DNA of 64,000 nucleotides from an uncultured Candidatus Saccharibacteria bacterium (GTDB lineage: Bacteria > Patescibacteriota > Minisyncoccia > Phycocordibacterales > UBA5272): contig CAZNVC010000001.1 of the NCBI GenBank assembly GCA_964576685.1, positions 3,775-67,774 of the forward strand, given 5' to 3'. The notes under the pieces were generated by a model. The model was not told where the DNA came from and searched no databases. It saw only the letters and a list, made by a program, of their open reading frames with translations. Numbering within the stretch: the stretch's first letter is position 1; the number at the start of each line of letters is the position of its first letter. Both the position numbers and the translations under genes were made by a program. This document shows positions 46,548 through 56,639 of the stretch, piece after piece.

Positions 46548-47816
46548 ATGTCTAGAACATCTTTCATGAAGCGATTCGCTCGATCTATTGGCCCTGGGGT
46601 TGTAACTGGTGTTGCTGATGACGATCCATCAGGAATCGCAACCTATGCTCAGACCGGCGCTATCTTTGGTCTTTCACAGCTCTGGATGACACTCTATTCA
46701 CTTCCACTTATGATAGCGGTACAAGAAATGTGTGCCCGCATAGGCATGATCACTGGTAAAGGGATTGCGGGAGTAATTAAATCTCATTATTCAAAAACAA
46801 TCCTTTGGATTGCGGTCACACTCCTTAGTATTGCTAACATCATTAATGTCGGAGCTGACTTGGGAGCCATGGGGCAAGCGATGAGTCTTATCACTCCTCT
46901 TTCGTTTGGCATCTCACTCATCGCTATTACTTTTTTTACTCTTGTTTCAGCAATCTTTATTCCATACCACCTTTATGCGAGGGTACTTAAATATTTAGCC
47001 GCAACAGTACTCTCCTATATCGTAGCTGCATTTTTTATTCACCAGGACTGGGGGAAGGTAACATTTGCCACCATTGTACCTCATATTGAGTGGAACAAGG
47101 ATTTTCTTCTTAATATCACTGCCTTTCTAGGAACCACTATCTCTCCATATCTTTTCTTTTGGCAAGCAGACGAAGAAGTAGAGGAAGAAATTGAACATCG
47201 TAAAATTCTTGCGTTTGGGAAAGGACGTCCAAAGGTCACAAAGGGTGATATCCACCAGATGCGATCTGATACCGTAACAGGTATGTTTCTTTCTAATCTC
47301 ATCGCGTTCTTCATTATCATCACTGCCTCAGGGACAATTTCTGGAGGCCATCACACGATTACCTCAGCAACTGAGCTTGCGGAAGCGCTACGACCTCTTG
47401 CGGGCGACTTTGCAGTGTACTTGTTTGCTTTTGGTATTTTAGGTACAGGGCTTCTTGCTATCCCTGTACTCGCTGGAGCTGTCGCGTATGCTGTGGCCGA
47501 GACATTTAGTATTCCAATAGGGTTAAGTAAGAAATTTAAGCAAGCGATTGGTTTTTATGGAGTGCTTACTGTAGCTATTTTAGTTGGAGTAATTCTTAAC
47601 TTTATCAACATTGATCCAATTCTTATGCTGTACTATGCAGCCGCAGTGAATGGTATTCTAGCGGCCCCCCTTCTTGTAATTATACTTTTCGTTGCAAATA
47701 ACAAAAAAATTCTTGGCGATAAAGTAAACGGTACACTCAGTAATGTGCTTGTGATTGTGACAACAATTATTATGGCAATTATTTCCCTCTTCACTATTGA
47801 GTCATTCTTTAAATAA
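46548..47816 (+). CDS. mntH: NRAMP-family divalent metal (Mn2+/Fe2+) transporter
   Basis: 422 aa, 11 TM; GPGVVTGVADDDPSGIATYAQTGA N-terminal NRAMP motif. Confidence 0.75.
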   Translation: MSRTSFMKRFARSIGPGVVTGVADDDPSGIATYAQTGAIFGLSQLWMTLYSLPLMIAVQEMCARIGMITGKGIAGVIKSHYSKTILWIAVTLLSIANIINVGADLGAMGQAMSLITPLSFGISLIAITFFTLVSAIFIPYHLYARVLKYLAATVLSYIVAAFFIHQDWGKVTFATIVPHIEWNKDFLLNITAFLGTTISPYLFFWQADEEVEEEIEHRKILAFGKGRPKVTKGDIHQMRSDTVTGMFLSNLIAFFIIITASGTISGGHHTITSATELAEALRPLAGDFAVYLFAFGILGTGLLAIPVLAGAVAYAVAETFSIPIGLSKKFKQAIGFYGVLTVAILVGVILNFINIDPILMLYYAAAVNGILAAPLLVIILFVANNKKILGDKVNGTLSNVLVIVTTIIMAIISLFTIESFFK

Positions 47817-47931
47817 TTTCACTCGGGGTTTTGTAGAGGAAGACTTTCTTAGGACGTGTACAGTTTTTCTCTATAAGACTAATACCACATACTACACCTA
47901 TTAATATATCACATATGATATACTCTTTCTC

Positions 47932-49446
47932 ATGGAAGTAAACGATCAAGTAAAAATAGGGCTATTTATTAAAAAATTACGAGAAGAACAGGGAATGACA
48001 CAAGAAGAATTCTCTGAAAAACTAAAAACATCACAGCCGGCTGTCGCAAGAATTGAAGCCGGAAATCAAAACGTTACCATAGACCAGCTTATGAAAATGG
48101 GTGAAGTGCTTAAACGCACTATTGTAAGCATCCAAGATACCATTGATTTTCAAGTAGAAGGTGGAAGGAAACTAAGCGGAAGTATTACCACTAATACGTC
48201 AAAAAATGGAGCAATTAACATGATGGTTGCGGCACTCGTTAACTCTGGAACCACAACACTTCGCGACATCCCACATATTGAAGAAGTACATCGTTACAAG
48301 GAACTTCTCGAGAGTCTTGGCGTAAAGATTCGCTGGACACATGATGACACCGCCCTTGAAATCACTCCACCCAAAAAGCTTTCATTCTCAAAAATGAATA
48401 TGCCTGTGGCTGAGAAAATACGATCATTTACATTTGCTGGTGCCTTTATTCATTTCAGTAACTCATTCTCACTCCCTCATTCTGGCGGTTGTAAAATGGG
48501 TGAACGCACAGTAGCTTCACATAAGTATGCACTCGACTATTTAGGGGTACATGTGGTAACAAAGGAAAATCGCTATGAGATTACCTACAAGGAGCTACAC
48601 CCGGGAACTATCCCCCTTTATGAATCATCAGATACCGGCGCGATTACTGCCCTCATCGCTGCTGCAAAAATAGACGGTACGACAACAATAAAGTTTGCAC
48701 CTCCTAACTATCAAGTTCAAGATGTCTGTTTCCTTCTTCAGTCGTTTGGTGTTCGTATCGATGGAGTAGGGACAACCACACTCACTGTACACGGTAAAAA
48801 GAATATCAACTGTAATATTGAGCATTACAATAGTGAAGACCCTATCGAGAGCATGTTTTTCATCTCTGCTGGTATTGTCACAAAATCAAAGCTCACCATT
48901 ATGAGATGTCCAATAGAATTTCTTACCCTTGAATTAGAAAAGTTGAAACGTATGGGCTTACACTACAAAGAATCAAAATCGTATTTGGCCAAAAATGGTA
49001 AGACTTCTTTGGTTGATATCACAATATCACCTTCAGACCTTATTGCGCCTTACGATAAGATTCATACCCAGCCATTTCCAGGAATCAATAATGATAACTT
49101 GCCGTTTTTCGTCCCGATTGCATGTTTTGCATCTGGCCAAACTCTCATCCATGACTGGACTTGGGAGAATCGTGCAATTTATTTTACTGAACTCAATCGT
49201 CTTGGTGCCGATATTAAATTACTTGACCCACACCGAGCACTTGTCACTGGGGTAAAGCGCCTTCGTGGTGCGCAGATCGTTTCCCCTCCTGCATTACGAC
49301 CGACAGCTATCATTTTGATTGCCATGCTTGCCGCTGAAGGAACATCCATGCTTCACAATGTGTACTCTATTAAACGAGGCTATGCAGATATAGCAGAACG
49401 ATTAAATAGTATAGGGGCAAAAATTACAGTATTACGAGGAGTATAA
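47932..49446 (+). CDS. murA: Fusion protein: N-terminal XRE-family helix-turn-helix domain + UDP-N-acetylglucosamine 1-carboxyvinyltransferase (MurA)
   Basis: Residues 1-65 IGLFIKKLREEQGMTQEEFSEKLKTSQPAVARIEAGNQNVTIDQLMKMGEVL (Cro/C1 HTH). From ~70: FQVEGGRKLSGSITTNTSKNGAINMMVAALVNSGTTTLRDIPHIEEV... and catalytic-loop GGCKMGERTV (MurA Cys). No stop codon between the two parts. Confidence 0.75.
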   Translation: MEVNDQVKIGLFIKKLREEQGMTQEEFSEKLKTSQPAVARIEAGNQNVTIDQLMKMGEVLKRTIVSIQDTIDFQVEGGRKLSGSITTNTSKNGAINMMVAALVNSGTTTLRDIPHIEEVHRYKELLESLGVKIRWTHDDTALEITPPKKLSFSKMNMPVAEKIRSFTFAGAFIHFSNSFSLPHSGGCKMGERTVASHKYALDYLGVHVVTKENRYEITYKELHPGTIPLYESSDTGAITALIAAAKIDGTTTIKFAPPNYQVQDVCFLLQSFGVRIDGVGTTTLTVHGKKNINCNIEHYNSEDPIESMFFISAGIVTKSKLTIMRCPIEFLTLELEKLKRMGLHYKESKSYLAKNGKTSLVDITISPSDLIAPYDKIHTQPFPGINNDNLPFFVPIACFASGQTLIHDWTWENRAIYFTELNRLGADIKLLDPHRALVTGVKRLRGAQIVSPPALRPTAIILIAMLAAEGTSMLHNVYSIKRGYADIAERLNSIGAKITVLRGV

Positions 49447-49477
49447 GGTAAGGAATAACCATTAGGGTATAAGTTTT

Positions 49478-49512
49478 TAGAAATACAAAAAGCAGCTTTC
49501 GGCTGCTTTTTG
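49478..49512. terminator. Bidirectional intrinsic terminator between murA-fusion and the histidine kinase
   Basis: caaaaagcagctttcggctgctttttgtag. Confidence 0.6.
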
Positions 49513-49548
49513 TAGTACTACTAATCCCTATACTTAAGTGGTGAATGT

Positions 49549-50364
49549 CTAGTCCAATGTAGTTCTCCCCTCTTTCTTCACCATCCCTTTAGTAGGAAAG
49601 GTGACATAAAAAGTGGTTCCAACATTTTCTGTTGAAGAAAACCAAATCTTTCCTCCGACCCGATCAATAATTGTTTTCACAACATATAGACCAAGACCAG
49701 AATCTGACCCTTCTGTATCCTTAACATTACTTGCTCTAAACATCTTGGAGAAAATTTTAGGTTTTTCTGATTCTGGAATACCTATTCCAGAATCAGAAAC
49801 AGTAACAAGAATACTTTCTTCTTCCGTCACAATATCTCCAACTTTTTCTTGTGGGGCAATGAGGGTAGTCGCAACAACGACTTTCCCAGCGTTTGGTGAA
49901 AACGCGACAGCATTCGACAGAAGTGTTTTGAGAATTATAAAACATAGATGCTTATCAGCCTGTATGTTTTTAATTGCTCCCTTCTCTTCTTTTTCAACAG
50001 TAACATTTTTTTGGCTCGCGTCCTTTTTGAGAAAAACGATTGCCTCCTCAACCACGTCAGCAATAGACATGTCTACCGGTGAAATACTAAACGTATCCAA
50101 ATCTAGTCTGGATACGTTGAGTAACGACCTCACGAGGTCTATTGCACGCTGATTACTTGATTCTATTACGGTAAGATATTTACGCTGTTCCTCTGTAAGT
50201 GGTCCTGCATCACCATCAAGAAGTATTTCTGTATACCACTTAATGACTGAAAGAGGTGAACGTAACGCATGAGAAGAAAGAGAGACAAAATCATCTTTTC
50301 CTTCCTCTTTTTGAGGAACTGCACTATCTTTCTTACCAAAAAACCAAGCTATCATAGAATGCAA
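49549..50364 (-). CDS. Cytoplasmic sensor histidine kinase (HisKA + HATPase_c, no TM)
   Basis: H-box LSSHALRSPLSVI; N/G boxes LLSNAVAFSPNAG, DSGIGIPE, GSGLGLYVVK. Confidence 0.8.
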   Translation of the reverse strand: MHSMIAWFFGKKDSAVPQKEEGKDDFVSLSSHALRSPLSVIKWYTEILLDGDAGPLTEEQRKYLTVIESSNQRAIDLVRSLLNVSRLDLDTFSISPVDMSIADVVEEAIVFLKKDASQKNVTVEKEEKGAIKNIQADKHLCFIILKTLLSNAVAFSPNAGKVVVATTLIAPQEKVGDIVTEEESILVTVSDSGIGIPESEKPKIFSKMFRASNVKDTEGSDSGLGLYVVKTIIDRVGGKIWFSSTENVGTTFYVTFPTKGMVKKEGRTTLD

Positions 50365-50808
50365 CTAGCGAGTTGCTGAAATTGTCATTCCTTGCTCTGG
50401 GAACTGTGCAGAAACACTAATACGTCCTTCTGCGGTTCTAGAAACAGTGTACCCTGCGCCGTTAGCAGCAGTTTTCTGTGGTTCTGAAGGAATAGAAACG
50501 ACGTACTTAGGAATAAGCACTGAGAGATCTACAAGACCTGAACATGAAGCTGCTCCTGTAGCACAGATTTCAGTTGTTGTTGCAGTGATTCCTGTTGGCA
50601 ATGTTCCATTATTATCAATAGAATACTGGGAGATTGCGTTAAGAATAGTGTTAACGTCTGACTTTCTCTGTGCGTTACGTGTATCACCAAGTTGCTTGTT
50701 TGGGTTAATAGCAACAATAACGATACCTGCAAGAATAGCGATAGCTGCAACCACGAGAAGGATTTCAATAAGTGTGAATCCTTTCTGGTTACGTAGTATG
50801 TTTTTCAT
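50365..50808 (-). CDS. pilA: Type IV major pilin (copy 2)
   Basis: MKNILRNQKG^FTLIEILLVVAAIAILAGIV is the class III prepilin leader with Glu+5; 147 aa; disulfide-pair Cys in the C-terminal region. Confidence 0.85.
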   Translation of the reverse strand: MKNILRNQKGFTLIEILLVVAAIAILAGIVIVAINPNKQLGDTRNAQRKSDVNTILNAISQYSIDNNGTLPTGITATTTEICATGAASCSGLVDLSVLIPKYVVSIPSEPQKTAANGAGYTVSRTAEGRISVSAQFPEQGMTISATR

Positions 50809-50991
50809 AAATATAAAGAATACAATTTTAATTGTGTATTCAAAACTAATTAAACTATTAAATATACACTGTTAGGTTTTGGTTTACTATAACCTAAGTC
50901 AAGTAAAACCTTTACCAACCTACCTCCTAAGTATAGCAAACAATTGCCATTTTAGAAGCCATTAATCCCCTTTTCTGTGAAAACAGAGAAT

Positions 50992-51435
50992 TTAGCGAGT
51001 TGCTGAAATTGTCATTCCTTGCTCTGGGAACTGTGCCTCTACATAGATACGACTTGCTGCTGTCCTTGACACTCTGTACCCTGCACCATTTGCATCAGTC
51101 TTTTGTGGTTCTGAAGGAATAGAAACGACGTACTTAGGAATAAGCACTGAGAGATCTACAAGACCTGAACATGAAGCTGCTCCTGTAGCACAGATTTCAG
51201 TTGTTGTTGCAGTGATTCCTGTTGGCAATGTTCCATTATTATCAATAGAATACTGGGAGATTGCGTTAAGAATAGTGTTAACGTCTGACTTTCTCTGTGC
51301 GTTACGTGTATCACCAAGTTGCTTGTTTGGGTTAATAGCAACAATAACGATACCTGCAAGAATAGCGATAGCTGCAACCACGAGAAGGATTTCAATAAGT
51401 GTGAATCCTTTCTGGTTACGTAGTATGTTTTTCAT
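50992..51435 (-). CDS. pilA: Type IV major pilin (copy 1)
   Basis: Identical to copy 2 over the first ~110 codons and last ~14 codons; differs in a ~25-codon C-terminal segment. Internal start MKNILRNQ used. Confidence 0.85.
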   Translation of the reverse strand: MKNILRNQKGFTLIEILLVVAAIAILAGIVIVAINPNKQLGDTRNAQRKSDVNTILNAISQYSIDNNGTLPTGITATTTEICATGAASCSGLVDLSVLIPKYVVSIPSEPQKTDANGAGYRVSRTAASRIYVEAQFPEQGMTISATR

Positions 51436-51517
51436 AAATATAAAGAATGCTAACCAAATTAAAATAATAATAACGACACAAGTCAAACATTTCCTCTCTA
51501 CTGAGTATAGCAGACAC

Positions 51518-51949
51518 TCAGAAATCCGAAACCTCCTCCCAAGAGGATAAGGTGATAGACGGTGAAGTCCCGGTCACTATTACTTTTATTTTTGCAGTTA
51601 CCGTTCCCAGTAAACCTGTTGCTTTAATGGTTGTAATACTACTTGTTGACGTAATGATATATGTACATGTTCCAGAAGCAATAGTGAGACCACCAGAACC
51701 TGATGTAGTGCTTGTCTCAAGTATTTTTTGTAGAGCCTCTTCAGCACATGACGATGCCATACTCCTTGCACCTCCAGATTGTTGTAAAGAAAAATCGGTT
51801 TTTGATGCCATTACCCCAGACGCAATGACTGACACCATGATAGCAACACCAATAGCTGAGATAAGGATCACCGAAAGAAGTGCGATATACCCTCTTTTCA
51901 TTTCTAGTAACACTTTTCGTGTCTTTACTTTTTCTTGCATAGATATCAT
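51518..51949 (-). CDS. Prepilin-type minor pilin / pseudopilin-like (lacks Glu+5)
   Basis: MKRGYIALLSVILISAIGVAIMV. Confidence 0.55.
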   Translation of the reverse strand: MISMQEKVKTRKVLLEMKRGYIALLSVILISAIGVAIMVSVIASGVMASKTDFSLQQSGGARSMASSCAEEALQKILETSTTSGSGGLTIASGTCTYIITSTSSITTIKATGLLGTVTAKIKVIVTGTSPSITLSSWEEVSDF

Positions 51950-51952
51950 TAA

Positions 51953-52471
51953 TTACCGTAGTGTAGCACTTCCACTGAATGCTTTTGTAAAAGTATATTC
52001 ACTTTTTCCTGAAGAAGTCGCATAATCAATCACAAAAGAAATTCTTATGATTTTGTCTGTAGAACTTGCTGAAGAGATGTTTTGAAAACTAAGGGTGGAA
52101 ACCTTTACCCGTGAGTTAGTGAGCGGGACCACTGCTTTCGTTCCTTCCTTAATGGTAAACACAGTTCCGCTTGCAGTAAACACTGTCGGATTAAGGAGCG
52201 CATTACTTGTAGTAAGCGATAGTGTTGATGACGAGGTGCCTATAGAAGGAATCTGGATACTTCTCCCGTTGCGAACTGTTTGAGTAATAAGATGCATCAC
52301 CTCAAACCCTTGCTGATTCACTTCAGTAATTACCTGACTTTTCACACGAGCACCAAGCAGAAAGGAAAGGAAAGTGGAAAGTGAGAGAAGGATAATTGAA
52401 CACAACGCAACATATAAAGTCATTTCTATCAACGTAAATCCTTTTTTTGGACGAAAGAAAATCATAGACAA
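51953..52471 (-). CDS. Prepilin-type minor pilin
   Basis: KKGFTLIEMTLYVALCSIILL (G^FTLIE). Confidence 0.7.
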   Translation of the reverse strand: MSMIFFRPKKGFTLIEMTLYVALCSIILLSLSTFLSFLLGARVKSQVITEVNQQGFEVMHLITQTVRNGRSIQIPSIGTSSSTLSLTTSNALLNPTVFTASGTVFTIKEGTKAVVPLTNSRVKVSTLSFQNISSASSTDKIIRISFVIDYATSSGKSEYTFTKAFSGSATLR

Positions 52472-54781
52472 TTACTGTTGCCAAAAGGCAAATGAAAATG
52501 GAGATGAAATTGCTTGTGGTAATTTTGTCTGAAGAGGACCACCAGCATCTGAATTAGTCCATGTAAATGTCGAAGTACCGGTAAGCAGGAGACGTTTAGC
52601 GTAAAGATGGATAACAGTATCGGAAATATACGCAGAAGTGAGATACATAAGCTGGGCAGAGTCGCGAGGATTCATATGGATATCCATGTACCCACGAGGA
52701 ACTGGGATAGCATTCGTTGGTACGAAATCAGATTGACGAGTAAAGACTCCACCATTTCCGGTATACCAGTTAATGTTCCCCGAACTCACATCAGAATACA
52801 CAATGATTGATCGAGTGGTACTTCCAAGTGTAAGCCAACCAGTCGACACAAGCTTAGAAGCAGTATAGGGAACTTCACACGTTGTATCCACATTAGCGAC
52901 ATCTGACCAACCCAGTCCATTCCAATATCCAAGCTGAAGATCGCCGTTTGCGTTTCCAATTGAAGCGAAAACGATCTCGTCTGTTTTTGGGTTAGCTGAA
53001 ATATCAAGTGATGTTGCATCATCCAAAAATGCAGGAGGTGTAGTAACATTCCCCCATGTACACATAGCAACCCCTCCTGTACAGGTACGATACCTTACAC
53101 CATTTGTTCCATTGTTTCCATTAGCATTTGCCCATACAAGCATCACATCTCCTGACAACGATTCATATTCAATATCCATATCTTCAATATCGTGAGACCG
53201 TGATATCTTTTCAACGTTATTATCTGTCACCGCCCCAGGTTCATTAACCCAAGCATTTCCATCCCATATCTTGGCAGATATATCTTCACTTGTATCAACC
53301 CAAGTTGTAGCAAGAAGATTAGACCCCGCTCGTCTATCTTGAGCAAGTTTTACATACATAATATCATTAGAAGTTCGAAGAGGATCTAGCACCTGTTCAT
53401 TCCCCCATCCAGCACCACACCCAGTTCCACCAGCTTTTGTCTTATACCCGAGCTGTCCGAAGATATGCGTCCCTTTACTAAAAATAACCATTGCATCCCC
53501 TGAGGTTTTTTCAAATGCAATATCGAAACGATGTCTATTACCAACACCACCAGAGTCAGCAGCAAACTCCTTATTCCATGTAGTTCCATCAAAACACATA
53601 ATAGTAAGTGTTCCAGTAATATCATAGTACCCAGCAAGCGCAAGATGTTGAGTAGGTGATGTACGAATAAGCCATGTCGGTCCGACTGTTGCAGTAAATG
53701 TTCCCGTTTGGGCACCGAACACATTATTAACATGATCATATGTACGATATTTAGGAACAGTAGACGTACCATCACCATAAATAAGAATTCCAGCAAGTGA
53801 CTGACTGCCATTACCTTGTACAATTTCCTCGTTGGTAAGTGAACATGCTTTATTGTCCCCTGATGCAAGCGTAATAGAACCGTTAGTGAAACAGTCTCCA
53901 CTAAACGTAAGATTATAGTTAGCATCAGCTGCCTCAGTAACCATATACGAACCAGAGTTAATAGGTGTTGACGCCCCGAGGGTTATTGTAGTGGACCCAA
54001 CTTTAAATGGCGCAAAATCTGATGCAACTTTTGTTCTTCCATGATTTACAACAGTTTTATTAAGAGTAACATACGCAAGCTTTTCTTCATTAGTGATAGT
54101 ACAGAGCTTTGCGGTTCCAGTGCCAATAATAGTAATTTGCCCACTTGAATTACAGTCACCAGTAAAGGTTTGTGTGTAATTTGGGTTAGTTGTCTCAGAA
54201 ACAGTGTACGTTCCTGGTGGAAAAACTGTCGAGGAAGCAAGGGTCACCGTTGTTGTACCAACTTTAAATGGCGCAAAATCAGACGCAACCGTAGAAAGTC
54301 CGTGGTTGATGATTACTGTATTTACGGTAATACCAGTACCGAGATTAAGAATTGTTTTCCAGTTAGTGTATCTTGCTCCACTACTTACACTTCCTGTACG
54401 TCCTGGTGTTTGTTGCCACGTAACGGTAACCGTAACATTTTTTCTATTAGTTCCCGCACTCGTTACCACCACTTGCCGAGTAAAAATACCAGAGACATCC
54501 TGAGCTCCAGAAAAACTCCAAGTATTATTCGAATACGTAAGTCCGTACGTTCCATCAACAAGGTTAGAGAAATTTGCATTCCTTATGCTACGTACCGCCT
54601 CCTGCCCCTCTTCTGCTAACATTACCGCTCTTCCTCTGTCTCCTGCAAGTGATGATGACTGTAGCCCATAATAAAACACCCCCGCAAATGCTGTTAGAAA
54701 CAAAATAAACACCGAACTAGCAAGAATAATTTCAATGAGTAAAAATCCTCGCGTATTAGTACTCAACCATTCCTTTCTCAT
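52472..54781 (-). CDS. Large (~770 aa) prepilin-type protein with tandem ~95-aa Ig-like repeats and beta-rich C-terminal domain (pilus-associated adhesin / PilY1-like tip protein)
   Basis: Start MRKEWLSTNTRG^FLLIEIILASSVFILFL. Repeats VNHGxxKVASDFAPFKVGxTTxTL...GDCxxxGxIT...KxCxxTNEE occur twice. Confidence 0.65.
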   Translation of the reverse strand: MRKEWLSTNTRGFLLIEIILASSVFILFLTAFAGVFYYGLQSSSLAGDRGRAVMLAEEGQEAVRSIRNANFSNLVDGTYGLTYSNNTWSFSGAQDVSGIFTRQVVVTSAGTNRKNVTVTVTWQQTPGRTGSVSSGARYTNWKTILNLGTGITVNTVIINHGLSTVASDFAPFKVGTTTVTLASSTVFPPGTYTVSETTNPNYTQTFTGDCNSSGQITIIGTGTAKLCTITNEEKLAYVTLNKTVVNHGRTKVASDFAPFKVGSTTITLGASTPINSGSYMVTEAADANYNLTFSGDCFTNGSITLASGDNKACSLTNEEIVQGNGSQSLAGILIYGDGTSTVPKYRTYDHVNNVFGAQTGTFTATVGPTWLIRTSPTQHLALAGYYDITGTLTIMCFDGTTWNKEFAADSGGVGNRHRFDIAFEKTSGDAMVIFSKGTHIFGQLGYKTKAGGTGCGAGWGNEQVLDPLRTSNDIMYVKLAQDRRAGSNLLATTWVDTSEDISAKIWDGNAWVNEPGAVTDNNVEKISRSHDIEDMDIEYESLSGDVMLVWANANGNNGTNGVRYRTCTGGVAMCTWGNVTTPPAFLDDATSLDISANPKTDEIVFASIGNANGDLQLGYWNGLGWSDVANVDTTCEVPYTASKLVSTGWLTLGSTTRSIIVYSDVSSGNINWYTGNGGVFTRQSDFVPTNAIPVPRGYMDIHMNPRDSAQLMYLTSAYISDTVIHLYAKRLLLTGTSTFTWTNSDAGGPLQTKLPQAISSPFSFAFWQQ

Positions 54782-55205
54782 TGATTGTAATAGTTCTCGT
54801 TTCATTTGCTTGTGAAGTAAATATAAAAGTTCCTGTAGCGTTTGGAGTTCCTGTCGTCTTCGAAAAATTAACTTCAGTAATCCCTGTTGGAACAATTGTC
54901 GTAGGGATAGAAGTATTTTCATCATACGTAGTATCTCGTAGGATATAATTTGCTCCTTTGTAAACTAGTATACTCCCTACCCCCACATGAACCCCCCATG
55001 TAGTATCCCCATCTCCTGATTCCGAGAGTGATTGAGCACGTCGTAAATTTTGAGCAAGTGTTGTCGCGGCAATATCAAGATCATTACGCACCATAAAGGT
55101 ACGATACATTGGTATACTCATCCCACCAATAACACTGAGCAGTGTGAGTGAGAGAAGTATCTCTGGTAATGTAAATCCTCGTCTATACTTTTTTAATAAG
55201 ATCAT
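54756..55205 (-). CDS. Prepilin-type minor pilin
   Basis: MILLKKYRRG^FTLPEILLSLTLLSVIGGMSI. Confidence 0.7.
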   Translation of the reverse strand: MILLKKYRRGFTLPEILLSLTLLSVIGGMSIPMYRTFMVRNDLDIAATTLAQNLRRAQSLSESGDGDTTWGVHVGVGSILVYKGANYILRDTTYDENTSIPTTIVPTGITEVNFSKTTGTPNATGTFIFTSQANETRTITINEKGMVEY

Positions 55206-55212
55206 ATCACCG

Positions 55213-56634
55213 CTACGCATTATTAAGACCACCCACAAGACTATAGATAGGAAGAATCACAGCAAAGGCAACCGATACCACCCCTGCCCACACAATCACA
55301 AGAAGGATAGGCTCCATAATAATGGTAAGGTTCTTTGTGGTGGTATCTGATTTTGCTTCGAGCACTTGCCCAACTTTTATAAGTGTTTTATTTAAGTTCC
55401 CAGACTGTTCTCCTGAAATAATAAGCTGTTGTATTGGTTGAGGAATGAGCGCGTCGATATTTTTATATGCCTCGAAGCTTTTTTGAAATGAATTCCCCAT
55501 ATCGATAGACTCACGGAGCGCAAGGTAGAATTTCTTATATCGAATCACATCAGACGCTCCAGCAAGTGACTCAATTGCGCGGGTTACAGTAAGCCCTGCT
55601 TCAAGAAGGGTCCCCAGGAGATATCCGAATCGCGCTACTTCCACTTCCATAAGAAGGGTTTTAATTCCCGGGATTGAGAAAATGACCGCCTCCCCCATGA
55701 ACTTTGTCTTTTTGTTGAAAAATACTACATATCCAATAAGCCCAATCACCAAAAGACCAAGCGGAACAGCAACGAGTCCATGCTTACTTAAGAAGACTCC
55801 AAATCCCATGAGAATACGAGTAACAAGAGGAAGTGTCAGCTTAAGGTCAGTGAATATTTTTGCTAGTTTAGGGAGGATGAACCACGAGATTCCAATACCC
55901 ACCACCAAAGTAAGGGTAAGCACAAAAATAGGATACATGAGCGCTGAACGTATTTTTGATTTGAAATCTCGATCTTTTTCTTCTTCAAGCGAAACCACCT
56001 TTAAATTCTCTGCGAAGTTCCCTGACTCTTCTCCGAGTCGAATAAGTGAAATAGTGTAGCCCTTAAAAAATCCAGTCTTATCAAATGCCTTCCACACAGG
56101 AGAGCCTGCTTCGATTTCAAGTTGCATTCGCTCAAGGATTTTTTTCATCCCAGGAGATTTTGTTTGCTTAATAATAGAAGAGAGTGCGCCGATAATAGAC
56201 ATTCCGGAGAGCACAAGCATACTTAGATTCTCTATGAACTGATCGCGCTCCTTAGAGAGCCCAAAAGTAGAAAGTTTTTTCTGTTCTGGGAGTTTTCTTT
56301 CTGGAGCAGGTGTTGCCTTTACTGGTTCAGAAATGACAACATGCTCCTCTTTTGTCTCACTCTTTGGTGACGAAGCGACTTCCTTTACCTCTTTCTTTTT
56401 TTCATCAATTTTTTTCTCTTCAACAGGAGGAGGAGTAACCTCTACCCCTTGTGCGCTCGGTATTATTTCTTCCTTAGGCGCACTCTTTTTGTGGCGCCTA
56501 AGAGCAGAAAAAAGTGACTCAATATTCTTTGTTATTGATTTCTTTTGAGGGCTCTCTTTCGGTAATTTCTTTGGAGTTTTTTTAGTCGTTACAATTGGTG
56601 CAGGGATCTTTTTTTTAGTGGTAGTGGTTGGCAT
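55213..56634 (-). CDS. pilC: Type IV pilus assembly platform protein PilC/GspF with ~130-aa Lys/Thr/Pro-rich N-terminal extension
   Basis: Two GspF repeats (..LSMLVLSGMSIIGAL.. / ..LGTLLEAGLTVTRAIE..), 3 TM segments. Confidence 0.85.
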   Translation of the reverse strand: MPTTTTKKKIPAPIVTTKKTPKKLPKESPQKKSITKNIESLFSALRRHKKSAPKEEIIPSAQGVEVTPPPVEEKKIDEKKKEVKEVASSPKSETKEEHVVISEPVKATPAPERKLPEQKKLSTFGLSKERDQFIENLSMLVLSGMSIIGALSSIIKQTKSPGMKKILERMQLEIEAGSPVWKAFDKTGFFKGYTISLIRLGEESGNFAENLKVVSLEEEKDRDFKSKIRSALMYPIFVLTLTLVVGIGISWFILPKLAKIFTDLKLTLPLVTRILMGFGVFLSKHGLVAVPLGLLVIGLIGYVVFFNKKTKFMGEAVIFSIPGIKTLLMEVEVARFGYLLGTLLEAGLTVTRAIESLAGASDVIRYKKFYLALRESIDMGNSFQKSFEAYKNIDALIPQPIQQLIISGEQSGNLNKTLIKVGQVLEAKSDTTTKNLTIIMEPILLVIVWAGVVSVAFAVILPIYSLVGGLNNA

Positions 56635-56639
56635 GTAGA

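Larger units (their letters stand above)
50365..51460 (-). repeat. Tandem duplication (~470 bp units, including ~25 bp of 5' leader) of the major pilin gene
   Basis: 50392..50730 is identical to 51019..51357 except for a diverged patch. Upstream gtatgtttttcataaatataaagaat is identical in both. Confidence 0.8.
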
